The translations under genes and the position numbers were made by a program. The notes below the pieces were generated by a model. The model saw only the letters and a program-made list of their open reading frames with translations, made no database searches and was not told the origin of the DNA. DNA of 64,000 nt from Hypanus sabinus (taxonomy: Eukaryota), in contig NC_082732.1 of NCBI RefSeq assembly GCF_030144855.1, positions 31,434,001 through 31,498,000 on the forward strand, in the 5' to 3' direction. Shown piece by piece: positions 25,788 through 37,313 of this stretch (position 1 is its first letter; every line of letters starts with the position of its first letter).

Positions 25788-26711
25788 CAAGGATGTGCTG
25801 GAGTAGGCCACGAGTGTTGCCATGCTTCTAGCAACAGCATTAGCATACCCGTAATACATTAACCCTAACCCTGACCTTACGTCTTTGGAATGTGGGGGAA
25901 ACTGGAGCACCCAGGGAAATCCACCTGGTCATGGGGAGAAGGTACAAACTCCTTTCCGGCAGTGGTAGGAATTGAACCCTGGCACTGGAAAGTGTTGTAC
26001 TACCTGCTCAGCTACCCCGTGGCTCCCCGTTGCAGGGGAGCTGCTCCTCTGATGATCCAGTGGTATAGGGTAACCGAAAATGCTGGAAAGTCACTGAGCA
26101 AAAGGGGGCGCTGTCAGAGGGCAGCACATCACGAAAGGCCCAGTGATCTTGTTAAGGAGGAAGGAGAGACAGAGGCCTGGAGCACCTTCAGGAAACCCAT
26201 GCAGTCACGGGGAGAAGGTACCAACTCTTTACAGACAACAATGGCACTGTTGGTCATTGGCACAAACGAGGCTTTTCACTGTTTATTTCAATGTTTGGTC
26301 ATACTTTATTGTCACCAAACAATTGATACCAGAGCGTACAATCATCATAGTGATATTTGATTCTGCTCTTCGCGCTCCCTTAAGTACAAATTGAAGTAAA
26401 TATAATAAAAATTTAAGTTATAAATCATAATTAGAAAATAGAAAAGGGAAAGTAAGGTAGTGCAAATCAGGACCAGATATTTGGAAGGGACGTCCCAGAT
26501 CCGGGTCAGGATCTGTTCAGCAGTCTTATCACAGTTGGAAAGAAGCTGTTCCCAAATCTGGCTGTACATATGACAAACAAAGCTTATCGTTATCATTATC
26601 TTCTATCTTTATATTTTAATGATTAACTTTATCACACGGTCCGGCACCTTTAGTTCAGCACCCTGGCACTAAATCATCAGTGAAGTGGGTGGGGGGGGGG
26701 GGGGGACATAC

Positions 26712-26870
26712 CTTCTTTGAGTCCAATTTCTGACACACTTTGGCTGGTTGAGGAATGGCGTTTACACTGAAGCTGTCAGGATCTTCCCGATCACGGATTT
26801 TCGACTCCTTCAATAACGAGTCGAGCTTCTTTTTAGCCACACTCTCCACATGCTTCCGGTTGGCTGTGGC
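26712..26870 (-). CDS. PLCH2: PLCH2 coding exon, X-Y linker (ATANRKHVESVAKKKLDSLLKESKIRDREDPDSFSVNAIPQPAKVCQKLDSKK), 159 nt
   Basis: KLDSLxKESKIRDxEDP motif. Acceptor cttgaacag, donor AAG|gtatgt. Phase 0->0. Confidence 0.94.
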
Positions 26871-27189
26871 CTGTTCAAGGAGAGACGAGGGACAGGCTTG
26901 TTAATGCCACCCTAGTGCAGGCAGGGCGAGAAGGGGAGAGAGTGAAAGAGAGAGGAGTGGTGGGTTGGGAGGGGAGAAATGGAAGAGTGAAGTAAATGTG
27001 ACTTGGATGGGATGCCTCGATCATGAGTAGTCACTACATAATGGAATGGTATGCACATGCAGTTTTATGAAGTCAATGCAACGAGGAACTATTGCAGCTT
27101 TCATGCAACTCTTTGGTGGTTACTGGATATCGGCTGATTAACAGACTCTTCCCACCTCCTTCAAACTGTCAGGATTGTCTACTGTCACA

Positions 27190-29012
27190 AACCAAGAGAA
27201 AATCTACAGATGCTGGAAATACAAGCAACACACACAAAATGCTGGAGGAACTCAACAGGCCGGGCAGCATCTATGGGAAAAAGTACAGTCAACATTTCAG
27301 GCTGAGACTGAAAGAGATATACTCCTTTTTCAAAGAGCCTCCCTTCCTCTACCGTCAATGCTGCTCTCAACTGCACCTCTTCCATTTCACACACATCCGC
27401 TCTTACCCCATCCTGCCACCAACCCACCAAGTGTTCCTGTTGTCCTCACCTACCACCCCCCAGCCTCTGCATCCAGCACATAATTCTCCGAAACTTCCGC
27501 CACCTCCAACGGGATCCCATCACCAAGCACATCTTTCCCTCCCCCTCTCACTTCCTGCTTTCTGAAAGGATCCCTCCTTACGTGATTCCGTTGTCCATTT
27601 GTCCCTCCCCACTGATCTCCCTCTTGGCACTTATCCTAGTAAGTGGCACAAGTGCTGCACCTGCCCCTACACCTCCTCCCTCACTACTATCCAGGGCCCT
27701 AAACAGTCCTTCCAGGTGAGGCGACACTTCACCTGCGAGTCTGTTGGGGTCATTTACTGTGTTCGCTGCTCCTGGTCTGGTCTCCTGTACATCAATGAGA
27801 CCTGACGTAGATTGGGAGACCACTTTGCCAAGCAGCTATGCTCCATCTGGCAGAACAAGCAGGATTTTCCAGTGGCCATCCATTTTAATTCCACGTCCCA
27901 TTCCCATTCTGATATGTCCATCCATGGCCTCCTCCACTGTCATGATAAGGCCACACTTAAGTTGGAGAAACAACATCTTATATCCCGTTTGGGTAGCCTC
28001 CAACCTGATAGCATGAACCTTTTCAAACTTCTGGTAATACCCCCCAAACCAACCCCTCTCCATTTCCCATCCCCTTTTCCCTCTCTCACCTTATCTCCTT
28101 TCCTGCCCATCGCCTTCCTCTGGTGCTCCTTCCCCCTTTTTCTTTCTTCCACGCCTTCTATCTCTTTCACCAATCAGCTTCCCAGCTCCTTACTTCATCC
28201 TTCCCCCTCCAGGTTTCACCTACCACCTGGTGTTTCTCTCCCCCCTCCCCTCACCTTTTAAATCTACTCCTCAGTTTTTTCCTCCAGTCCTGCCAAAGGG
28301 TTTCAGCCCAAAATGCCGACTGTACTTTTCTCCATAGACTGCCTGGGCTGCAGAGTTCCTCCAGCACTTTGTGTGTTGGTGGGGGGGGGGGGGTGTCATC
28401 TATTATATTCGGTGCTCCTGGTACGACCTCCTCTACATCAGTAAGACCCGATGTAGACCGAGGGTTGGGGCGGGGGGGATTGCTTCGTCTGCTGCGCAAA
28501 AGTCAGGATCTCCTGGTGGCCAGCCATTTCAATTCAACTTCCCTTTTGCAGTCCAAAACGATTGTATGTGGCCTCCATACTGCCATGAGGCTAACCTGAT
28601 GGCATGAATAGTCACTCTAACTTTCATTCTCCCTCCTTCTCTCCTCTTCCATTCCCTATTCTGGCTCCCCTTTCACAAGAGCTCTTTTTCTCACCTGCCC
28701 ATCACTTCCTTTTTGGTTCCCTTCCTCCTTCCTTGTCTTCCAAGGTCCACTGTTCTTTCCTATTAGATTCCTCTTTCTTCAGCCCCTACCCTTGCCATCT
28801 ATCACCTTCCAGCTTCATCTCTTCTGCCCCACTCAGCCACCTTCCCCTCACCTGGGCTCACCTATCAGCTGTCAGCTTGTGCTCCCCCCACCCCACTTTC
28901 TTATTCTGGCTTCTGCTAAATCCTTTCCAATCCTGATGAAGGGCCTCGGCCTGTTTATTCCCCTCCATAGATGCTACCTGACCTGCAGAGTTCCTCCACC
29001 ATTTTGTGCATG
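27190..29012 (+). mobile_element. Penelope-like element: 5'-truncated, partial tandem copy, with inverted terminal piece
   Basis: GIY-YIG endonuclease remnant (VIYCVRCS..GLLYI.ET; EKQHLISRLGSLQP). Terminal-repeat sequence at about 28280-28375 and 28930-29010. Inverted copy at about 27190-27310. Confidence 0.85.
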
Positions 29013-30309
29013 TTCCTTCAACTGCACACTTACAGGCCCACCCAGGAGACTAAGATCCAGTAACAGCTCACAGATTTTGTTGGATCTGCCCACAGAGTTT
29101 TGAACTGGAAGACTAACTTCATCTTCTTTCTCCTTCTGTGGGAGCTGGCCATCCTACTCAGTCAGAGCAGAGTGCGATTATCACACTGACTCTGCCCACT
29201 TATGTTCTCTGTCCAAACCAGCACCGCTCCAGAGCAACGAGGAGGGGCTGTGATGCAGGAGGTGTGACTCGTGATTACATATTTTGATGTCATAGCAGCA
29301 CAGTGGGGATAGAATCTCCCATTCTGCAAATGATATGATGTTAATGCTTTTGCCCAATGATCTGGAGGGAAAGAAATTATCCCTCTTGCAACTGAAAATA
29401 TCTCATCAATCACGTCTCCATCACTTTAACAGAACGCTACAAGAGAGGAGGAGGCTATTTGGTCCACTATCTCTCTGCTGTCTGGTTGAGAGAGGTATCT
29501 AATTAGTTCCACCTCCTGCTTCCTGCTCCTCCCATAAAACTGGAATATTATCAAGAAATTTAATCAAATGCCTTTTGAAGGTTATGCTTGGAACTGCAAC
29601 TGTTCAGCTGCTGTGTTTTAGATCATAACAGCTCGCTGTGTATAAAAACGTCAGCTTATCTTTCACAAAGGTACTGCACACCCCACCCCACCCCCCATCA
29701 CAGCCCTACGCCCCTCCCCTCTCACTGACATTTTGGATTTCACCACCGCTCTGGTCTTGTTTGGCCAAAAAAGCTAGAGCTTGTACCTTGTCAGGAGAGC
29801 GCAGTGGAGCTGAGCTCAGGCTGAACCCTATCATTATCCCAACGGCAGGTGACAACAACTTCCTCACCGACTGACATCTTTGTCCTCGACATTGACCCTG
29901 TTTGAGAGTTTGATTGGAGTTCCTATTTTTAAATTTTAACATTGATATGCCAGGATTATTGTTCCTTCCTGACGTTGTTAAAGTAACATTTGCTATTTCG
30001 GCAAGGGCACCGAAGTCAAATGGTTCCTTCAGAAGACCTAACAGAAGAAAGCAACTGACAGCACATCGAGCTCCTGTATTTACCTGGCTGCCTTTATAAT
30101 GTTCCATTCACCCCCTTCACCACAGCCCCCAGATGGAGAGTGTCCCTGTGCAAACCTGTCAGCTCAGTACACGGTTGCTGAGCCAGCATCTGTGCACTGA
30201 CGTTGTCCTTGTTTGTGGATGGAGTCACAACTCACACAAAGGAAGATGGCTGTGGTCGTCGGAAGTTGATTTTCCCAGGGCATCACTGCAGAAATTCGTT
30301 CGCACTGAT

Positions 30310-30547
30310 GGGTGGCACGGTAGCTTGGGGGCTTTCGTGATTACAGCGACAGCAATTTGGGTTTAATTCTGCAGCTGTCTGTAAGGATTTTGTGTGTTCT
30401 ACCCGTAGCTGTGTGGCTTTTCTCCAGGTGCTCTGGTTTCCTCCCACATTCCAAAGATGTTGTTTAATTGGTCACAGGGGTGTAATTGGGAGGTGCGGGT
30501 TTGTTGAGCCAGAAGGACCTGTTACCATGCTGGATTTCTAAATAAAA
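30310..30547 (+). mobile_element. V-SINE (HE1-like); other copies at about 25860-26025(-) and 49290-49435(-)
   Basis: V-domain GGTGCTCTGGTTTCCTCCCACATTCCAAAGA. Confidence 0.75.
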
Positions 30548-33115
30548 TTCTTCGGAGCAGAGTCCTAGACCAATCTATCTTTGGCACAGGGAATAAAGGC
30601 ACAGTTGATTTTCATAATGAGGAGGAAATTAAGAAAACAGCGGTGCAAATTGATTTCGAAATCCTCGTGCAGGATTCCCTAAAGGTTAACTGAGTCAATG
30701 GTAAGGAAGGCAAATGCAATGTTAGTATTCATTTTGAGGGGACTTGAATATAAAAGCAAGGAAGTAATGCTGAAGCTTTGTAAGGCGTTGGTCAGGCCGC
30801 AGTTTTGAGCCCCTTATCTAATGCTGACATTGAAGAAGTTTATGAGAATGATCCCAGGATCCCAGGGTTAACTTATGAGGAGTGATTGATGGCTAGTTTA
30901 GAAGAATGGGGAAAAACCTCATTGAAACTTACCAAATATTGAAGATGGGGATAGAGTGAACATGGAGATGTTTTCAATGGTCTAGGACTAGAGGGCACAG
31001 CCTCACAAAATAAGGACTTACCTTTAGAAAAGAAATGAGGAAAAAAATTCCTCATAGAGGGCAGTGAATCTGTAGAATTCATTGCCACAGATGGCTGTGA
31101 AGGCAAGTCAGTTTAATAGGGAGGTTGATAGGTTCTTGGTTAGTAGGGGCATCAAAGGTTATGGGAGCAGGCAGGAGAAGAGGGTTGTGAGGAAAAATAA
31201 ATTGACTATGATTAAATAGCGGAGCAGACACAGAGGGCTGAATGGCCTAATTCTGTTCCTGTGCATTATGCTCTTATCTTTAGCTGCTTCATTAGTGTTG
31301 GAAGTGAGGGTCATTGCTGGTGTTAGTTGAGTTTAGTTCTGTTTACAACTCCTCAAGAAGTGAAACAGTCCATGCCTACATGCAACAAGACATAGACCAC
31401 ATTGACGTATGCTTATAAGTGGCAAGTGACATTCATGCCACTGAAATGCCACTCAGTCACCATTCCCAACAAGGTCCAACTATCTTCCCTTAACATTCAT
31501 TACGTTTACTGACACCCCACTATCAGTACACTGGGATCACCAATGACTGACTAAAGAATCAGCTAGAGAACCTGAATGTATCTGCAGATGACAGAAAATC
31601 TGCAGAAGCTGAATGACTGCCAGGTACACCATGAGCAAGTCAAAGCCTGAGAATCCTTCTCACTCCTCACCTCCCAAAGCTTTTGCAAAAGCCACAAGAC
31701 ACAATTCAAGACCATGATGGAATACTCTCCAGTCAGCTTGAAGAGTTCATCTCCAATGACCCTCAAGATGCTCAACACAACCTAGAGCAAAGCAGCCCAT
31801 CCAGCACCCTGAGCATTCATTCCTTCCACCACCAGAGCACAGGTTCTGAACCCTTGATCTCCACCGCTGAGAAGAACAAGGGAAGCAGGTATATGGAAGC
31901 ACTGTCACCTCCATGCTTGCCTCTAAGCCACACAACTCTCCAGCCTGGAAAAAGACAACATGAAGAGTCAGAGTAAGGAAGCCCCACTTTCTTACTCCGA
32001 CTCCTCATCTTTTTGTTCTAGTCCTGCTGAAGGGTCTTGGTCCATAACATCGACTGTACTCTTTTCCGTAGATGCTGTCTGACCCGCTGAATTCCTCCAG
32101 CATCTTCAGATCCAGCATCTGCAGATTTTCTCTTCATTGTGATTGGTAAACTAGTTGATTGTTCCCTTCTTGAGGTCAGGGATTGATAAAAGTGGGGAAC
32201 ATGTGGTGTCTGATATTTTGGGAGAGAGACTTGCAAACATCGATCACCTGCTGTGGAAAGTCTGATACCTTTAACAGCTTCCAAATGGGAAGGTTTTTAA
32301 TTGGGTTGGAATTTAAAGGCATACATCAGGACTGAGATGGAAAACTCTGGACTTGAGTTAAAGAGTGAGGTTGAAAAGTTTGATACCATCCAGGACAGAG
32401 CAGCCAACAACCAAGTGAAACATTCAGTTCCTTCACCAATGGCACAAGGTGACTGCAATGTGTAACACTGACGAAGTGTACTACCCAGGAATGAGCACAC
32501 AGAGGGAATACACATTGATCTTTTTGCTAAGGGAACACAGCTCAGCTTCAGAGGGAAAATGCCTTGAGAGGGAATTGTTGAGGAAATACAGTGTGTGAGT
32601 GTGAGCTGCAGAGGGTAAACACCTCAAGTGTGAGTATGGAGAGGACACAAGCTAGAAGTAACACCAGTGTCAACACTACAATCACAAACACTGTACAACT
32701 GGCTCAGTGGATGATGCATCAGCCTTACAATTTCAATGTCTGCTTTATATTTGTTGGGATGAAAGCAAGATACTACCATCGGACAGGAGGTACAATCACC
32801 TTGGGTCCCACACCACCAGGTTCAGAAACAGTTATTACCCTTCAACCATCAGGCTCCTGAAACAGTGTGGATAACTTCACTCACCTCAACAATGAACCGA
32901 CTCCACAATCTACAGACTCACTTTCAATGATTCTACAACTCAGTATTATTTATTTACTTTTTTATTATTTGTACGATTTGTCTTCCTTTGCACTTTGGTT
33001 GTTTGTCAGTCTTTGTTATTTAGTTTTTTCATAGATTCTATTGTATTTATTTTTTCCTGCAAATGCCTAAAGGAAATGAATCTCAATGTGACATACATGG
33101 TGACATTATAGGTAT

Positions 33116-33330
33116 TGTGGCGACCCATTTCCTGGCACATCCGAACCGGCTCACAATTAGATAGCCTACGGGGGTTTGCGAGCACAGAGCTTTGGAGTCT
33201 CTGCGCCACGGGGGGCAGGTTGAGGGAGGTTTAAAAGTGAGGCTGAGGATTTCGAATAAAGTTTTTTCCTTCGACTGCAGTTACCGACTCCGTGTCGTAA
33301 TTTTAGTGCTGCGTGTAGTACACCGCTACA
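33116..33330 (+). repeat. 5' LTR of the Gypsy element
   Basis: TGTGGCGACC...CCGCTACA. Contains AATAAA. Differs from the 3' LTR by 8 substitutions. Confidence 0.96.
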
Positions 33331-33332
33331 AT

Positions 33333-33346
33333 TGGTGACCCCGACG
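33333..33346 (+). promoter_or_regulatory. Primer-binding site, tRNA-Trp
   Basis: TGGTGACCCCGACG, 2 nt after the 5' LTR, complementary to the 3' end of tRNA-Trp(CCA). Confidence 0.9.
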
Positions 33347-33370
33347 GTCCAAACGATTTTTGGACCAGAA

Positions 33371-34060
33371 ATGACTGACGCCGCCTCTGTTCATGCGGTT
33401 TTGTTGAAACTGTCGGGTTTCTGGACACAGCGACCGAACCTATGGTTCCAGCAAGCCGAAGCCCAATTCCACGTTCGCAGGATCACCTCAGAAGACACCC
33501 GCTACTACTACGTGGTGAGCACCCTCGACCAGGACACAGTGGCCCAGGTCGCAGAGTTCGTACAGTCGCCCCAGGCAGACGGCAAGTACATGGAATTCAA
33601 AGCCCTGCTCCTCAGGACTTTCGGACTCTCACGGCGCGAGTGGGCTGCCCGTTTACTGCACCTGGATGGCTTGGGCGACAAACCTCCATCGGTTTTAATG
33701 AATGAGATGTTGTCTCTAGCCGAAGGACACACACCCTGCCTCATGTTTGAGCAGGCATTCCTGGAGCAGCTGCCCGAGGACATACGCCTGCTGCTGTCCT
33801 ACGCGGATTTCAGTGACCCCCGGAAGGTGGCAACCCAGGCGGACTTGCTGTGGAACGCCAAAAAGGTGAGCGGGGCGTCCATCGCACAGATCTCCCAGCC
33901 ACGCTCCCAGCAGCAAACCAGTCCAGGCCCGGCCACAGAGCCCACCAACCCCCGGCCCAAGGAACACTGGTGCTGCTACCACCAGCGGTGGGGCGCAGAA
34001 GCCCACCGTTGTCACCCGCCCTGCAAGTTCCCGGGAAACGCCAGGGCCAGCCGCCACTGA
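33371..34060 (+). CDS. gag: Gypsy Gag, open reading frame intact
   Basis: ATG at 33371. FW...P.LWF.QAEAQF N-terminus and C-x2-H-x9-C-x3-C motif (CCYHQRWGAEAHRCHPPC). Confidence 0.88.
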   Translation: MTDAASVHAVLLKLSGFWTQRPNLWFQQAEAQFHVRRITSEDTRYYYVVSTLDQDTVAQVAEFVQSPQADGKYMEFKALLLRTFGLSRREWAARLLHLDGLGDKPPSVLMNEMLSLAEGHTPCLMFEQAFLEQLPEDIRLLLSYADFSDPRKVATQADLLWNAKKVSGASIAQISQPRSQQQTSPGPATEPTNPRPKEHWCCYHQRWGAEAHRCHPPCKFPGNARASRH

Positions 34061-37000
34061 TGGCTACGGCGGCTGGCCATCGGGATAGCCTCCTGTATGT
34101 GTGGGATAGAAGGTCGGGACGCCGGTTTTTGGTCGATACTGGTGCCAAGTTCAGCGTTTTACCTCCGACGAGTTACGACACCCGCAGCAGGGCACCGGGT
34201 CCCCCCCTGAGGGCCGTGAACGGCAGCACAGTAAGGACCTATGGCACCCGTCAGGTGTAGCTACAGTTCGGCTCCAGCCAGTTCATGTGGGACTTTACAC
34301 TGGCCGCCATAGCCCAACCGCTTCTGGGTGCGGATTTTTTGCGGGCTCACAGCCTACTGGTCGACCTGCCCAGGAAGAGACTGGTACACGCCAAGACCTT
34401 TCAGACGTTCTCCCTGGGTGCGGCCCAGTTGCCGGCCCCTCACCTCGGCTCCATCACGCTGTCCGACAATGACTTCACCAGGGTCCTGGCGGATTTCCCA
34501 TCGGTTCTGGCACCGCAGTTCACAGCGGCCATGCCCCGACACGGCGTACAGCACCACATCCCGACCCAGGGACCACCCCTCCACGCCCGTGCTCGGCGGC
34601 TTCCCCCGGACAAGCTCCGACTGGCGAAGGAGGAGTTCCAGAGGATGGAGGAATTGGGGATCATCCGGCGGTCCAACAGCCCATGGGCCTCCCCACTGCA
34701 CATGGTGCCCAAAGTGACGGGAGGATGGAGACCGTGCGGCGACTACCGCAGGCTGAACGAGGCTACCACACCGGACCGCTACCCTGTGCCGCACATTCAG
34801 GACTTTGCAGCAAACCTGCACGGCGCACGGATCTTCTCCAAGGTAGACCTCGTCCGAGGGTACCATCAAATCCCGATGCATCCTGACGACGTCCCCAAAA
34901 CGGCTCTCATCACCCCGTTTGGCCTTTTCGAGTTCCTCCACATGCCGTTCGGCCTGAAGAATGCCGCACAGACGTTCCAGCGGTTAATGGACGCGGTGGG
35001 ACGGGACCTGGACTTCACGTTCATCTATTTGGACGACATCCTCATAGCCAGCAGCAGTCGTCAGGAGCATCTGTCCCACCTCCGTCAACTCTGCGCCCGA
35101 CTGAATGAGTACGGTCTTACAATCAACCCCGCCAAATACCAGTTCGGACTCGATACCATTGACTTCCTGGGCCACAGGATTACTAAAAACGGGGCAACCC
35201 CTCTGCCCGCTAAGGTAGATGCGGTCCGCCACTTCCCCCGACCCACCACGATCAAAGGCCTTCAGGAATTCGTAGGTATGGTCAATTTCTACCACCGCTT
35301 CCTCCCTTCAGCTGCCCCGATCATGCGCCCCCTGTTTGCCCTGATGTCGGGTCCGAGCAAGGACATTACCTGGGATGAGGAGTCCGCCGCCACTTTTGTT
35401 CAAATGAAGGAAGCTTTGGCGAACGCCGCAATGCTAGTACATCCCAGAATGGACGCCCCTACCTCCCTCACAGTGGACGCATCTAACACGGCAGTCAGTG
35501 GAGTGCTGGAGCAACTCATCGCAGGTCGCTGGCAACCCCTGGCGTTTTTCAGCAAACACCTGCGGCCACCCGAGCTCAAGTACAGTGCTTTCGACCGGAA
35601 ACTGTTGGCGCTCTACCTGGCAATCCGGCATTTCAGGTACTTCCTAGAAGGTCGGCCCTTCACCACGTTCACGGACCACAAACCGCTTACCTTTGCGTTT
35701 ACGAAAGCGTCTGACCCCTGGTCGTCCCGCCAGCAACGCCACCTGTCCTACATCTCTGAATACACGACGGATGTCCGGCACGTCTCGGTAAGGACAATGT
35801 CGTGGCGGATGCGCTCTCTCGCCCTATCGTTCATGCCCTTTCCCAAGGGGTAAACTTTGAGGCACTGGCAGAGGCGCAGCAGGCGGATGAGGAGATTCCG
35901 AGTTACAGAACCGCAGTCTCCGGTTTGCAGCTCCAGGACCTCCCCGTAGGCCCGGGTGAGAGGACCCTACTCTGTGACGTCGCCACCGGCCAGCCCCATC
36001 CCGCCGTCCCGACAGCCTGGCGGCGCCGTGTTTTCGACTCCATTCATAACTTGGCGCATCCCTCCATCCGGACAACTGTCCGGATGGTTTCCAGCAGGTT
36101 CGTTTGGCACGGACTCCGCAAACAGGTCAGTGAATGGGCCAAAACGTGCATGCACTGCCAGATAGCCAAGGTGCAGCGGCACACCAAAGCCCCACTGCAG
36201 CAATTCCATCCCGCCCACCGGTGTTTCGACCACATTCATGTGGATATCGTGGGCCCCCGCCAGTGTCGCACAGAGCGTGGACCAGTTCACAAGATGGCCA
36301 GAGGCGGTCCCGCTCACCGGCACCACCTCCGAATCTTGCGCCCGAGCCCTGATCACCACCTGGATATCTCGCTTTGGTGTACCGGCCCACATTACCTCCG
36401 ACAGAGGCGCCCAGTTCACCTCCAGCCTGTGGTCAGCTATGGCCAGCCTTTTGGGGCCTCAGCTGCACCACACAACTGCCTACCACCCACAGTTGAACGG
36501 GCTAGTGGAGCGTTTCCACCATCACCTGAAGTCGGCCCTCATGGCCCGCCTGCGAGGAGCCAACTGGGCGGACGAGTTTCCCTGGGTCCTACTCGGCATC
36601 TGCACAGTGCCCAAGGATGATCTGCACGCCTCATCGGCCGAGTTGGTATACGGCGCGCCCCTGGTCGTCACCGGGGAGTTCCTACCAGCCCCACAGGGGC
36701 AAGAGGAAGATCCCGCAGCAGTCCTGGGCAGACTACGCGAGAAGCTTGGTAACCTGGCCCCCATACCCACTTCACAGCACGGGCGGAACCTGACCTGCGT
36801 ACCCAAAGACCTGCAGAACTGTAAGTTTGTGTTTGTACGAAGGGGCGGGCATCGGCCACCGCTGCTGCGGCCATACGAGGGGCTGTTTATGGTGCTCCGG
36901 AACAACGGGTCCACGTTCGTGCTGGACGTTGGGGGGAAAGAGGAGGTTTTCACAGTGGACCGCCTCAAACCGGCCCATGTGGACCTGGCACAACCGGCCG

Positions 37001-37143
37001 AGTTTCCGGCACCTCGGCGCAGAGGCCGACCTCCCAAGCAGGTTCTGGCCCAGACTGTGGACATTGGGGGGTGTATCGCCGGTTCTGGCGGGGGGTTATG
37101 TGGCGACCCATTTCCTGGCACATCCGAACCGGCTCACAATTAG
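34033..37143 (+). pseudogene. pol: Gypsy Pol (protease, RT, RNase H, integrase), disrupted
   Basis: LVDTGA protease, YLDD RT, TVDAS and TDHKPL RNase H, HHCC and SDRG/NGLVERFH integrase motifs. Lesions: TAG at 34258-34260, frameshift near 35790, deletion/frameshift near 36255-36280. Confidence 0.93.
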
Positions 37144-37313
37144 ATAGCCCACGGGGGTTTGCGAGCACAGAGCTTTGGAGCCTCTGCGCCACGGGAGGCA
37201 GGTTGAGGGAGGCTTAAAAGTGAGGCTGAGGATTTCGAACAAAGTTTTTTCCTTCGACTGCAGTTACCGACTCCATGTCGTAATTTTAGCGCTGCGTGTA
37301 GCACACCGCTACA
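37099..37313 (+). repeat. 3' LTR of the Gypsy element
   Basis: Direct repeat of 33116-33330, preceded by the G-rich PPT GGCGGGGGG. Confidence 0.96.

Larger units (their letters stand above)
33116..37313 (+). mobile_element. Full-length Ty3/Gypsy LTR retrotransposon (CsRn1-like), mutated
   Basis: 215-bp TG...CA LTRs at 33116-33330 and 37099-37313. 4-bp TSD GTAT at 33112-33115 and 37314-37317. PBS, PPT and gag/pol in PR-RT-RH-IN order. Confidence 0.97.

Noticed and set aside
33442-37192. Many overlapping and antisense ORFs within the Gypsy element (up to 199 aa)
   Set aside because: Expected shadow ORFs in GC-rich coding DNA. No env-like or other recognisable domain.
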